Source: an uncultured virus (IMG/VR IMGVR_UViG_3300025333_000001) (taxonomy: Duplodnaviria; Heunggongvirae; Uroviricota; Caudoviricetes; Thumleimavirales; Hafunaviridae). From it: DNA of 64,000 nucleotides. The notes beneath the pieces were generated by a model. That model made no database searches, was not told where the DNA came from, and saw nothing but the letters and a program-made list of their open reading frames with translations. The DNA lies in the IMG/VR virus record IMGVR_UViG_3300025333_000001; one strand, 5' to 3'. The translations under genes were made by a program, and so were the position numbers. Within the stretch, counting starts at the first letter, position 1. Each line of letters begins with the position of its first letter. Below, piece by piece: positions 20,183 to 29,768 of the stretch.

Positions 20183-21481
20183 ATGGCAAACGAATACGGC
20201 AGCTACGACGAACCCGGAATTATCACCGAAGAGGTTTCGGATAATTCTTTCAGTAACACTACCGAAGCACCAACTGATGTTGGTGTTGTCGGGCAAGCAA
20301 ACCTTTCTGCGGCAGAAACCCCAGCAGACCCCAACACGGTCTACGAAATTTCTCGTGTTCGCACAGCCGAAAAGCGGTTTGGGCCACGAGAAACAAGCCT
20401 GCTGACGACCGCCCTCATCGATTTGCTGAACGAAGGTGCATCCCCGCTGTATGCAACCGCGCCAGAATCGATGGATGTGGTCGAAGAGGATCATTCGGAC
20501 GAGGCAACCACGTCGGTTACTCTCGATAACGAATCCCTATCCGAGAACACTGACGACATTACTGTTACCCTCGATGGGACAGTTCAAAATGTCACGGTGG
20601 TCTACGAGAACGCAAGCAACTTCAGCCCCGATGAAGGGGATGTCGTTCTCGACCCAGTTAATGGCGAACTCGAACTGTTCGAAGCGCCATCGGCCTCACT
20701 CGACGTGTCGTACACCTATTACGACTACGTAGCAGCCCTCGATGCAATCGAAGCCAACGCCGAGGCTGCCGAGGCTATCGACTTCCTGCACGCTCTGTCG
20801 GAAGCCGATACCGTTCAGGGCAAAGTCGATTCGGTTGTTGACTCGCTGGCATCCGAGAAAAACTACTGCATCGCACTTCTCGCAGCCGGACTGGAAATCA
20901 CCCCAGTGGATTACGAGCAGGTGTACAACTCGTCTCGTATTCAAGTTCTGTACTCCACTCGATTCGAAGATGGGAGTTCGGCACTGGCAGCCTATGCAGG
21001 CAAGCGGGCCGATCTCGGTCTTGATCGAACGTCGGTCAACGCTCCACTCGAAACCGAGAAGCAACTCTACACCAAGCTCGACAGAATCGAGCGCGGGCAG
21101 CTAATCGATGAAAACGTTGTTCCGCTGCAAAACACGGCGTCTGGACCAGTCATCAAGGACGACCCAACGGCTGTAATGCCAGACAACAGCGACGAGCAAA
21201 ACATCGATTATGGCTTCAAGCGGCTGGCACTCGACTACGTGTATGCCGTCGCCGAAGCCAACGAGCAACCATTCATTGGGCTACTCAACCGCCTGCCGGT
21301 TCGAAATGCGCTTGAGGAGGTAATCAATGATCAGATGCTGTCGCTGCAAAAGTCGAACATCGTTCAGGGGTACGAAGTCAACGTTATTCCAGAATCGGCA
21401 TCACGGGCACGACTTGAACTCTCGGTTACTGCCCCAAGCCCACTTCGCTTCATCATCAACGATGTGAGCATCGGAAACTGA
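20183..21481 (+). CDS. tail sheath protein
   Basis: 432 aa; PGIITEEV N-terminus; FIG.LN...RN and P.PLRFI C-terminal sheath motifs. Confidence 0.85.
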   Translation: MANEYGSYDEPGIITEEVSDNSFSNTTEAPTDVGVVGQANLSAAETPADPNTVYEISRVRTAEKRFGPRETSLLTTALIDLLNEGASPLYATAPESMDVVEEDHSDEATTSVTLDNESLSENTDDITVTLDGTVQNVTVVYENASNFSPDEGDVVLDPVNGELELFEAPSASLDVSYTYYDYVAALDAIEANAEAAEAIDFLHALSEADTVQGKVDSVVDSLASEKNYCIALLAAGLEITPVDYEQVYNSSRIQVLYSTRFEDGSSALAAYAGKRADLGLDRTSVNAPLETEKQLYTKLDRIERGQLIDENVVPLQNTASGPVIKDDPTAVMPDNSDEQNIDYGFKRLALDYVYAVAEANEQPFIGLLNRLPVRNALEEVINDQMLSLQKSNIVQGYEVNVIPESASRARLELSVTAPSPLRFIINDVSIGN

Positions 21482-21520
21482 TCTCGATAGTTCAAACAAT
21501 TTATTCTACAGAGTTAAATC

Positions 21521-22036
21521 ATGGCTAAGCAAACTCCTAACGGAATCGACCGCATCGAATCTGCCGCCAACATCAGCCTCGTTGTTACACAGAGTAGCAG
21601 TTCGGGCGATGACAAAAAGGCGAAAGTCGCAGAAGTCCCCATTTCCCGTCTCGATACCACCAAGGATATTGAGATCGAGGAAATCCGAGAGTCTTCGCTC
21701 AAGGCGACTGGCTACAGCATTACCGCGATCTCCTATTCGGGGACGATGATGTTCAAAGGCAGTACGCTGACTCGTTCTTTCGGTGACGTGCAGAGCATCA
21801 ACAACGTGGTCTACGACAAAAACGGCGTTCCTACTCCGGTTTCTATTACAATCACTCACGATAGGAACGGCCAACCCGACAGTTATCAGACGGTCCTCGT
21901 GACCAGTGACAGCTACGAAGTTCGCAACGAGGAAGTCACCGAGACTGCCTTCGATTGGGTCGCTATGGACCGTACCAGCGATCAGCCGGATGAAGGGGAA
22001 GAAACTGACGACGGCACTGACGGCGAAGGGCAGTAG
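21521..22036 (+). CDS. tail tube protein
   Basis: Follows the sheath gene; beta-rich, 171 aa. Confidence 0.75.
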   Translation: MAKQTPNGIDRIESAANISLVVTQSSSSGDDKKAKVAEVPISRLDTTKDIEIEEIRESSLKATGYSITAISYSGTMMFKGSTLTRSFGDVQSINNVVYDKNGVPTPVSITITHDRNGQPDSYQTVLVTSDSYEVRNEEVTETAFDWVAMDRTSDQPDEGEETDDGTDGEGQ

Positions 22037-22070
22037 AACAGTCCAATAACCACTTTTCAATACACCATTC

Positions 22071-22604
22071 ATGACTGAACAAATCGAAGCAGAAGCCGAT
22101 ACCGAAGCCGAAGAATCCAGCGTTAACCTCTCGAAACTCCGCGAGATGGCCCTTCGTGGCGACGAGTATCGTGAGTGTATCGAGGACTTCACGTACTACG
22201 GCCTGAGTGGCGACCTGTATTTTCGCCCGCTTACTGACCCCGAGTTCCTGCCGATTGCAGCATTCCTCGAAGATCGGCTGGACATCGACGCGGGCGAAGC
22301 CCAAGAGATGCTGGAAGAAGAAAAAGACGTGGAGGAGGGGGAAATCGACGCCACGCAGTTCGATGAAGAGTTCGTCTACATCATGGCCCAAGCCGCGGTC
22401 AAAGGCATCGACCGCACACAGGGAATCGCTCAAGGCGAAACCGAAGAGGGTATCCGCGAAATCTTCGGCGTGGCCGGAAACAGCGGTCAAGAAGGCATGG
22501 GGCTACAGGGCGGCAAAACCCTGTTCATCGCCGAGCGCGTTCTCTCCATTAGTTCGGACGCGGAGAGTGCGGAATCCTTTCGCCGAGACGGGGGCGGCGA
22601 GTAG
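22071..22604 (+). CDS. tail assembly chaperone
   Basis: Between tube and tape measure; in-frame TCC TTT CGC near the 3' end. Confidence 0.75.
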   Translation: MTEQIEAEADTEAEESSVNLSKLREMALRGDEYRECIEDFTYYGLSGDLYFRPLTDPEFLPIAAFLEDRLDIDAGEAQEMLEEEKDVEEGEIDATQFDEEFVYIMAQAAVKGIDRTQGIAQGETEEGIREIFGVAGNSGQEGMGLQGGKTLFIAERVLSISSDAESAESFRRDGGGE

Positions 22605-22884
22605 CTTCGTTTTCCTACTCGAAGACTACGACATGGGGTTCCACGGGTCGGATTCACAACTCACACTGACGCCCCTACAGCGACAGATTATCGAAGCTGA
22701 AAAATCGAGACAAGCAGAACAGCAAGAAGAAAGAATGCCAGATGACGGGCCGTCCTCGAATCAACCCTCGCCATCTCGACCCCTTAACAGCAAAGGTTCT
22801 GCTGGGGGTGGCGGTAACAAAACCAGTCAGCAAGAAACTGTTCGCTACGTCAACACCAGCGAAAACCCGGATTACGATAGCTAA
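22575..22884 (+). CDS. +1 frameshift extension of the tail assembly chaperone
   Basis: TCC_TTT_CGC at 22575-22583; +1 frame stays open to 22884 (FAETGAASSFVFLLEDY...). Confidence 0.7.
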
Positions 22885-24881
22885 TGTCAGTTGATATTAA
22901 CCTCGACCTTGACGCCAAAGCGTTCTACGCTGAGTTAGCACAGGTCGAAACGCTCATGCGATCTATCGGGAAGGATCTCGATGGCATCGACTTTGGGACT
23001 GACATCGAGGGTATCAGCGGCGAGATTCAGAAACTCACGTCGGAACTCGAAGACGCCGAAGACCGGATGCAGCGCATCTCTCGTGAGATGAAAGAGAGTG
23101 CCGACGCATGGGATGACGTTGACGTTGGTGGCTCACCGCAGAACTTTAACAATAAGCGCAGCGAAGACGGTGGGCCAAAAACCGGACCCCCCAACGGGGG
23201 CATCGGGTCGTCCGCTCGCGGTGATGGCCGGGGGTCAAGCCCCACAGCTATCGCACGAAGGATTGAAAATCGCTTCAGCCTGAAAGACGGAAAGATCAAC
23301 GCTGATACAATTCGGGGGATGACGATCAAAGAGGTCAACTCCGAAATTGCCGATTCGCTATTCGAGGAGCGCGGTGTTGGATACCCAGCCCGTAACTTCG
23401 GAGCCGGATGGAACGGCTTTGACGAGGTTGATATGCTCAACTCCGACGGTCGGTTCCACAGCCCACGAGAACCCTCGTCGGGGAGTCTATCGGCATCTAT
23501 TAGTCGTGGTCGATCACGGGGCGGTCGTGGAAAGAACGTTCCGATGATGGGTTTGCGGAAAGACGTGAAGTTGTCGAAGATCAGAAAGCGGATTGGAAAA
23601 ATCCGAAGAGCGACCAATAAATTCGGCAGTGCCGTTGCCCGCCTCAAGCCAGATATGACCTTCTGGTACAACATCTTGGCGGCCATGATTCCGATGCTGG
23701 CGGCATTCGCCGTTCACGCATTCGGTGTGGCAGCCGCGATGGGGGCACTCGCTGTCGCCGGAGCAGCAGTCGTCGGACTGGGCCTGATTGGCTACGGCGA
23801 GGACATGGACGCAGCGTGGCAAAACGCGACAAGCACGTTAGCTGACTTCAAGAAAGAACTATTCCAAGTCTTCCAACCATCGGCCCAGCAGCTTGCTTCG
23901 ATCAGTGACGAGTTCTTCGATTTCGCACCCGAAGCAATGCGACCGATTGCGGAGTCGATTGCTGAACTCGCCGTGTTCGAAGACGCGATCTTCGCGGCAT
24001 TCGAGGGTGGGAGTCAGTTTATCGCTGACTTTTTTACCAAGATTGCTGACTACGAGGGGATAATCACGCAGCTTGCGATGCGATTCGGCGACATCCTCGG
24101 AACGGAAATCATCGATCTGTTCATCTGGCTAACTCAAGAAGCATACGCGAATCAGGAAACGTTGATCGCACTAAGTAGAAGTGCCAAATACGTTGGTTTG
24201 GCGTTCTACGAGGTCGCACTCATGATTGCGAAGTTCGTTGCCACACTTGAGCCGTTGTGGGTACTGCTGTACAAGATGTCCACGCTGCTCGGTAACAAGT
24301 TCGCCGCTGCAATGATAATTGCTACGGCACTTCTACTCGGGTTGCTGTTCGTCTTCGCCAAAATTGCAATCGGTGCGATGAACCTGATGATCGCCTTGCA
24401 AACACTTGGTATAGTCGGCAGTGCTTCAATCGCTGGGCTGGCGACCAGTGCTATGACGTGGTTAGGCGGAATGCAAGCCGCGATCATGAACACCATTCGG
24501 TCGCTGACGGCACTCAAGCTGGCGTTGATTTCAACCGGTCTTGGTATGCTGCTCGTCGGTGGGGGGATGATTCTCTCAGCCGCGTATAGCTCCGCTAACG
24601 AGTTTGACGGTCCAGACGATGGTGGCCCCTCGTGGCCCGGCGGGAGCGGCCCATCACCGTCTGCTGGCGGCAGTAGTAGTCCAAGCCCATCCAACAGTGG
24701 AACAACGAACAACTACTACAACTACGAGTTCAACAGCGGTGGCGGCGAGATGAACAGCGACGAACAGCAGCGATGGCGGTCGCATCTCTCAGAAATGGAA
24801 AGTGAAAATAAGGCGGTCAACCCACCGAGTCCGGGTAATTCCACCAGTACGTCTACAAGTTCGAGCGATGGTGGTAACTGA
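22884..24881 (+). CDS. tape measure protein
   Basis: 665 aa; Ala-rich helical, with hydrophobic stretches; canonical position. Confidence 0.85.
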   Translation: MSVDINLDLDAKAFYAELAQVETLMRSIGKDLDGIDFGTDIEGISGEIQKLTSELEDAEDRMQRISREMKESADAWDDVDVGGSPQNFNNKRSEDGGPKTGPPNGGIGSSARGDGRGSSPTAIARRIENRFSLKDGKINADTIRGMTIKEVNSEIADSLFEERGVGYPARNFGAGWNGFDEVDMLNSDGRFHSPREPSSGSLSASISRGRSRGGRGKNVPMMGLRKDVKLSKIRKRIGKIRRATNKFGSAVARLKPDMTFWYNILAAMIPMLAAFAVHAFGVAAAMGALAVAGAAVVGLGLIGYGEDMDAAWQNATSTLADFKKELFQVFQPSAQQLASISDEFFDFAPEAMRPIAESIAELAVFEDAIFAAFEGGSQFIADFFTKIADYEGIITQLAMRFGDILGTEIIDLFIWLTQEAYANQETLIALSRSAKYVGLAFYEVALMIAKFVATLEPLWVLLYKMSTLLGNKFAAAMIIATALLLGLLFVFAKIAIGAMNLMIALQTLGIVGSASIAGLATSAMTWLGGMQAAIMNTIRSLTALKLALISTGLGMLLVGGGMILSAAYSSANEFDGPDDGGPSWPGGSGPSPSAGGSSSPSPSNSGTTNNYYNYEFNSGGGEMNSDEQQRWRSHLSEMESENKAVNPPSPGNSTSTSTSSSDGGN

Positions 24882-25372
24882 TGATCGCTGGACCGGACGA
24901 GCTAGTATACGACAGTCAGATCCCCAGCGATCCGAACAAGCCACTTCCATTCGGGATGCAACCCCGCGAAGACAATTGGGAGTTCTTCCCTGAATACTTC
25001 CCTGACCGTCTGCCTCAAACCAAAGACAAGAAGCTCAACCGCGAATCGGTGCAATGTGCTGGCGAAGACGTGACTATCGAGACGATCAAAAACCGAGAAG
25101 TCCACGTCAGCGGCGTCGTCCTCGCGTCGGAAATTGATATTTTCCAAACGCTAACTGACTACGACAAACCCATCGATCTCTACACCCCACTGCTGCCGTA
25201 TGGTGGCATGGAGTGTATTATCAAAAACACCGAAATCGACGCCAACCCCGATGGCTTTGACGCGTATTTCCGCCAGTGGCGGTTCTCCTACACGATTGAT
25301 CTCGTGAGTACCGGCTACGACGAATACGACACGGGCGACAACGAGATTGTCAGTGCGATTATTGACGAGTAA
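24881..25372 (+). CDS. tail tube initiator/baseplate protein
   Basis: Synteny. Confidence 0.5.
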   Translation: MIAGPDELVYDSQIPSDPNKPLPFGMQPREDNWEFFPEYFPDRLPQTKDKKLNRESVQCAGEDVTIETIKNREVHVSGVVLASEIDIFQTLTDYDKPIDLYTPLLPYGGMECIIKNTEIDANPDGFDAYFRQWRFSYTIDLVSTGYDEYDTGDNEIVSAIIDE

Positions 25373-25375
25373 CCC

Positions 25376-26773
25376 ATGAGATGTCAAAGTATGTGGACTA
25401 TCCGGTGGCCCGAGGTTGCCGGAACAAACGGGCCGTTGGAGCTTACCCCACGTAATCTCACGTTTAAATCCGAAAACCGAAAATACGACTACTGCAAAGC
25501 CAAGTTCTCAACTGAGATTGGCGAAATGTTGAAACCCGAAACCGGTGGTAGAACCGGGCAGTTGCGCGATCCCCAGCCCGTCGAGTTGCTACTCGATAAC
25601 GAGCGGATTGCGGCACTGTATTTCAAGCCCGATTCAGTTCGCTACACCGACGGTGGCACGCACATCGAGTTCTACGACCTACAAGAATCGATGGACAGTG
25701 GGGTTGTTGACATGCAGTGGAACGAAGTTAAACTCCGCGACATCTACGAGTACGTCTTTGAGAAGCGTGAAAACGATCTGATCAAAGAAATCAAGTTCGC
25801 ACTACCGGATGAAGCTCCCGGCGGTACGAAGTTCAAAACGGAGACAATAACAATAGACCGGCGCGGCAGTTTTGAAAAACTGTTCGGTCCCGAGCGGATC
25901 GAAGCCTATGAAACTAAAAAGATGATCGAGAGTACGTATCTGTTCGACACCGAAAACACCTCGCCGATTGAAGCCATTTGGGAACTCAACGAGCTGTTCC
26001 AAATCCAAACGTGGGTTGACAAAGACTACACCATGTGGGTCGGCGTTCCCGAAACCCTCGGTGTCGGCCACGTTGCAGCCCCGGATGACAGTCGCGCACT
26101 TCGGTACTCGAATGTCAACGTCAGCCACCCCCGCGAGCCAATCGCAATGGTTGTGGTCGAGGGGTCGTGGGTTGACACACCCGGCATTGGTGCTGACGCT
26201 GGTTCGTTCTTCAACCCATGGTCGAAAGACGGGGTTGGCAACAGCGGCGATGTCCGCGCTGAGGGCTTCGTGAAAAATCCTTTGGTAGACATCGAACGGG
26301 GTCAAACGTTCAAGGTCAGCGTTGAACAGGCCAAAAAAGAGGCACTCCCCACAATCGCGTGGAACTATTACTCCGAGAAGATGAAAGAAGCCTACAACGG
26401 GTCGGTGCGCCTCAATCCCGAACTATCGGGTAACAGCTTCACGGACATCGAGGACATCAAAGTTGGGGACTACCTCTACGTTGTTCCCGACGATGATCTA
26501 TTCGATGACCCCGCCGCCTCGTCGGGTCAACTCGGTTTCGGCCCGGACAAAAACGATTACTGCGGTCAGTTCGTTCACAACGAGATTTACATCGTTACCG
26601 GTGTCACACACAGTGTCACCGGCAGTGAATGGACGGTCACGGTCGATATATCCATGGTTCCCGACATGATCGGGCAAGACGACATGGGGCTTCGCTACTT
26701 TGACCCCCGGTCGGACGACTATCTCACCGAAGAAGACGTGTTCAGTGGGCCTCGATTGTTCGAGGAGTTCTGA
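25376..26773 (+). CDS. baseplate hub protein
   Basis: Synteny; YIVTGVTHSV...WTVTV C-terminal pattern. Confidence 0.65.
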   Translation: MRCQSMWTIRWPEVAGTNGPLELTPRNLTFKSENRKYDYCKAKFSTEIGEMLKPETGGRTGQLRDPQPVELLLDNERIAALYFKPDSVRYTDGGTHIEFYDLQESMDSGVVDMQWNEVKLRDIYEYVFEKRENDLIKEIKFALPDEAPGGTKFKTETITIDRRGSFEKLFGPERIEAYETKKMIESTYLFDTENTSPIEAIWELNELFQIQTWVDKDYTMWVGVPETLGVGHVAAPDDSRALRYSNVNVSHPREPIAMVVVEGSWVDTPGIGADAGSFFNPWSKDGVGNSGDVRAEGFVKNPLVDIERGQTFKVSVEQAKKEALPTIAWNYYSEKMKEAYNGSVRLNPELSGNSFTDIEDIKVGDYLYVVPDDDLFDDPAASSGQLGFGPDKNDYCGQFVHNEIYIVTGVTHSVTGSEWTVTVDISMVPDMIGQDDMGLRYFDPRSDDYLTEEDVFSGPRLFEEF

Positions 26774-26786
26774 TCACCCCCCTCAG

Positions 26787-26812
26787 TATATAAACCGATT
26801 ACCTTTCATAGT
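26787..26812 (+). promoter_or_regulatory. putative late promoter (leaderless)
   Basis: TATATAAACCGatTACCTTTCATAGT directly before the ATG at 26814. Confidence 0.7.
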
Positions 26813-26813
26813 T

Positions 26814-27245
26814 ATGGAACACGGGATTATCACCGCGACGTATTACGAGAATGGCGTTGTAAAATGTGACGTGCAAGCGCTTCGAGTTGATACCGAGTAC
26901 GACAAAGTACCGGTACTCAGGTCGGCTGCCGCGCTCACCGTAATGCCTGCTATCAAGCAGAAAGTGACGATGGAAAAACTGGGCGGTGAGCGGTTCATCA
27001 CAAACGTCATGGCGGCGTTGGAACCGGATTCGCGGCCCGATGAAATAGACAGCAACGAGTTTGCACTTCAGTTCGACGCCGATACTAAACTGACGTTCAC
27101 CAAAAACGATAGCGGCGATTACGACATCGACATTCAAGCCAGCGGTGATGTGACGATCAACGGGATTTCATTCAGCGATCACGTCCTTTCATTCAACAAT
27201 CACGTCCACAGCACGGATACTGGCACCACTGGTACACCCGAATAA
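26814..27245 (+). CDS. baseplate central spike (gpV/gp45-like)
   Basis: C-terminal HVH metal-binding motif followed by TGTP. Confidence 0.75.
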   Translation: MEHGIITATYYENGVVKCDVQALRVDTEYDKVPVLRSAAALTVMPAIKQKVTMEKLGGERFITNVMAALEPDSRPDEIDSNEFALQFDADTKLTFTKNDSGDYDIDIQASGDVTINGISFSDHVLSFNNHVHSTDTGTTGTPE

Positions 27246-27562
27246 TGGATTACGCACTAAACAAAGAGTTGGACATTTTCACCAACGAATGGGGCAAGTT
27301 TGTCACCGTTGAGGGCCAAGCCGAGTTCGAACAATCGGTGACAGTCGATCTCCACGACCGTCAGTCGGAACTGATTGGAAGTGGATTTGATTTGCCGGAC
27401 CTTCGCCAGAAAATCAAGCTGATAATCAGTCGTCTCGCCAAAGAGTACGCGGTTATCGATGCAATAAGCGAGCTATCAATTCGAAGATCAGCGTCCGCGG
27501 ACGACACCCTCAGAGTATCAATCGTGTATGACACCGGAGACGAATTTACGGAAACGATTTAA
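27245..27562 (+). CDS. baseplate wedge, gp25/W-like
   Basis: Size and synteny. Confidence 0.6.
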   Translation: MDYALNKELDIFTNEWGKFVTVEGQAEFEQSVTVDLHDRQSELIGSGFDLPDLRQKIKLIISRLAKEYAVIDAISELSIRRSASADDTLRVSIVYDTGDEFTETI

Positions 27563-29376
27563 TGCCACTCACAGAAGACGGGTACGTACCCCTCAACACG
27601 GATCAAATCTACCGCCGCCTGAAAAACGACTTTCAGGACCGGTTTGACCAAACAGTTCAACCGGGGAGTATAGTCAATGACCAACTCATGGCCGAAGCCG
27701 AGACACTGGCTGAAAACCAAGAAAAATCTATTCAGCGGGTCTATGAGTCGGCCTATATTGAGGATGCAACAGGCAAGAACCTTGAAAAGCTGGTCAAACG
27801 CATTGGACTAACGCGACGTGAGGCTTCACGGGCGGCCGGCGTCATCGAGTTTCGACGCGAGGAGGTCGCCGAAACAAACTACGTTATTCCCCGAAACGAA
27901 GTTGTCCAAACACGGGGCAAAAACCCCATCGAGTTCACCACCCGAGAAATGGTGGAAATCCAACCCGTCTCTGATTTCGAGAACGACCTCGAAGATTGGA
28001 CGGGGGATGAAGCCGATTTCGCCATCGAAACGACAACCCCACTTGATGGTGATAAATCGTTGGTTGTTCCGGCAACGGTTGGTTCTCGCATTGTCACAAC
28101 TGACGAGGAGTTCGGCATTGGAACTACATTCGACCTTTCGCTTCGACAGGGCGCAGATGCGTCCACAGCGATTCAATTCGGTGTGAACGGTCCAGACAAC
28201 TACCACGAGGTAGAAATCGATCAGGGAGCCAGTGACCTGCGTCTGCGCTCGGTTGTGGATGGTGTCGAAGATGGGTTGAAGACCGAGACGGTTACAACCG
28301 CCGCCGATACCACCTATCACATCGAGATTGACTGGTCGATTTTCGGCCAGTTGGTCGTAACTGTGTATGGTAGCCAGTCAAAAGAGACGGTTTTCGGAAC
28401 CGTGTCACTCGATTACGAACCCGACTGGACTGAAGGCGCGATTGCAATCGTTTCTCGTGATTCGTCTGCAACGGCATTGGCTGACACGATTTACACGTCG
28501 GCTGTAACAGCTAACATCCGAGCGAAAACTGGTGGGGTAGACGGCAACGTTGGCCCGAATCAGATCGCCGTTTCGCGGGATGGACTAACAGGCGTCACTG
28601 ACATTACAAACCCAGTTGCGACTGGTGACAGTTCGTATTTGGATACCAACCTATCGCCGTTGACTCTCGGGCAGAAACGCGAGGACGATGCCGCTCTCCG
28701 CCAACGAGCATTCGAAAACTCGTCTATCGGCGGGGCGGCGTCTCGCAGTGCGCTTGAGGCGGCGATGAGTCAACTCGATTCGCTACAGTCGGTCAACACG
28801 AAACGGAACCGCTCGGATGAAGTCGTTGATGGTCTTCCACCCCACTCTTACGAACTCATTATCTACGGGGGCGATGCGGCCAAGATCGCCGAGATGATGG
28901 ATCAGACGGCATCTATCGACTCACAAGATGTGGGGGGTATTCATGGCACCGAAGTTACCTACGATGTCGAATCCGATGTAACTGGTTCGGCTGACACCTA
29001 CCACTGGTCGTCGCCAGCCGAGATTAACCTCGATATAACCATCGATCTGATTGTTGATGGCACCTACATTGGCGATTCAGCCATTCGGTCGTTGATCGTC
29101 AACTACATTGGTGGAACTGACAACGATGGCTCGCAAGTTGCGGGCTTAAGTAACGGCGAGGATGTCTATCTCTCGGTTCTCAAAACCAAGCTCATCAACC
29201 CGGACGAAACGGGAGTGTGGGAAGTTGACGCACTCACAGTAGACGACAACGCCGATGGCACAGACGACACGGTCGAACTTGCCAACGGAGCGAATGTCTA
29301 CTCAATCAGCGACGAAGAGGTTGCGATTACGAACGCACGGGACGGTTCGATCACCGTCAACACGGTAATGAAATAA
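27562..29376 (+). CDS. baseplate J-like protein with an inserted beta-rich domain
   Basis: ATGKNLE..., GGVDGNV, REDDAALRQR; ~180-aa insertion. Confidence 0.8.
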   Translation: MPLTEDGYVPLNTDQIYRRLKNDFQDRFDQTVQPGSIVNDQLMAEAETLAENQEKSIQRVYESAYIEDATGKNLEKLVKRIGLTRREASRAAGVIEFRREEVAETNYVIPRNEVVQTRGKNPIEFTTREMVEIQPVSDFENDLEDWTGDEADFAIETTTPLDGDKSLVVPATVGSRIVTTDEEFGIGTTFDLSLRQGADASTAIQFGVNGPDNYHEVEIDQGASDLRLRSVVDGVEDGLKTETVTTAADTTYHIEIDWSIFGQLVVTVYGSQSKETVFGTVSLDYEPDWTEGAIAIVSRDSSATALADTIYTSAVTANIRAKTGGVDGNVGPNQIAVSRDGLTGVTDITNPVATGDSSYLDTNLSPLTLGQKREDDAALRQRAFENSSIGGAASRSALEAAMSQLDSLQSVNTKRNRSDEVVDGLPPHSYELIIYGGDAAKIAEMMDQTASIDSQDVGGIHGTEVTYDVESDVTGSADTYHWSSPAEINLDITIDLIVDGTYIGDSAIRSLIVNYIGGTDNDGSQVAGLSNGEDVYLSVLKTKLINPDETGVWEVDALTVDDNADGTDDTVELANGANVYSISDEEVAITNARDGSITVNTVMK

Positions 29377-29377
29377 C

Positions 29378-29749
29378 ATGGCGGAACTCACATCAGACGC
29401 ATACCAGAGTATCAGAGACTTCGTGAACAGTTCGACGGGAGTTCCAAACGACTGGGACTACATCGAACTGTACGACGATGCAAGCAACGCAGTCACCCGC
29501 GTTTCGATCACTGGCGATGGCCGGTGTCAATGGCTCGATGTAGACGGTGACAAAACACTACAGATCGAGTTCGACGTGACCGGCAGTGACAGCGATATTC
29601 CCATTCCAACGACACTTAAGTATTCGGCAGTATGGGATTCGGCGAGCGGGGGGCGACAGATCACGGTCAAAGAGCAGTTCGCAGAAGCGGTCATCAACCA
29701 AAGTGGTGACAACGTGGTCATCACTCACAGTATCGACATTCCACAGTAA
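29378..29749 (+). CDS. virion structural protein
   Basis: AVWDSASGG motif typical of tail-associated proteins. Confidence 0.55.
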   Translation: MAELTSDAYQSIRDFVNSSTGVPNDWDYIELYDDASNAVTRVSITGDGRCQWLDVDGDKTLQIEFDVTGSDSDIPIPTTLKYSAVWDSASGGRQITVKEQFAEAVINQSGDNVVITHSIDIPQ

Positions 29750-29768
29750 CCCGGTAGTACATTTATAG

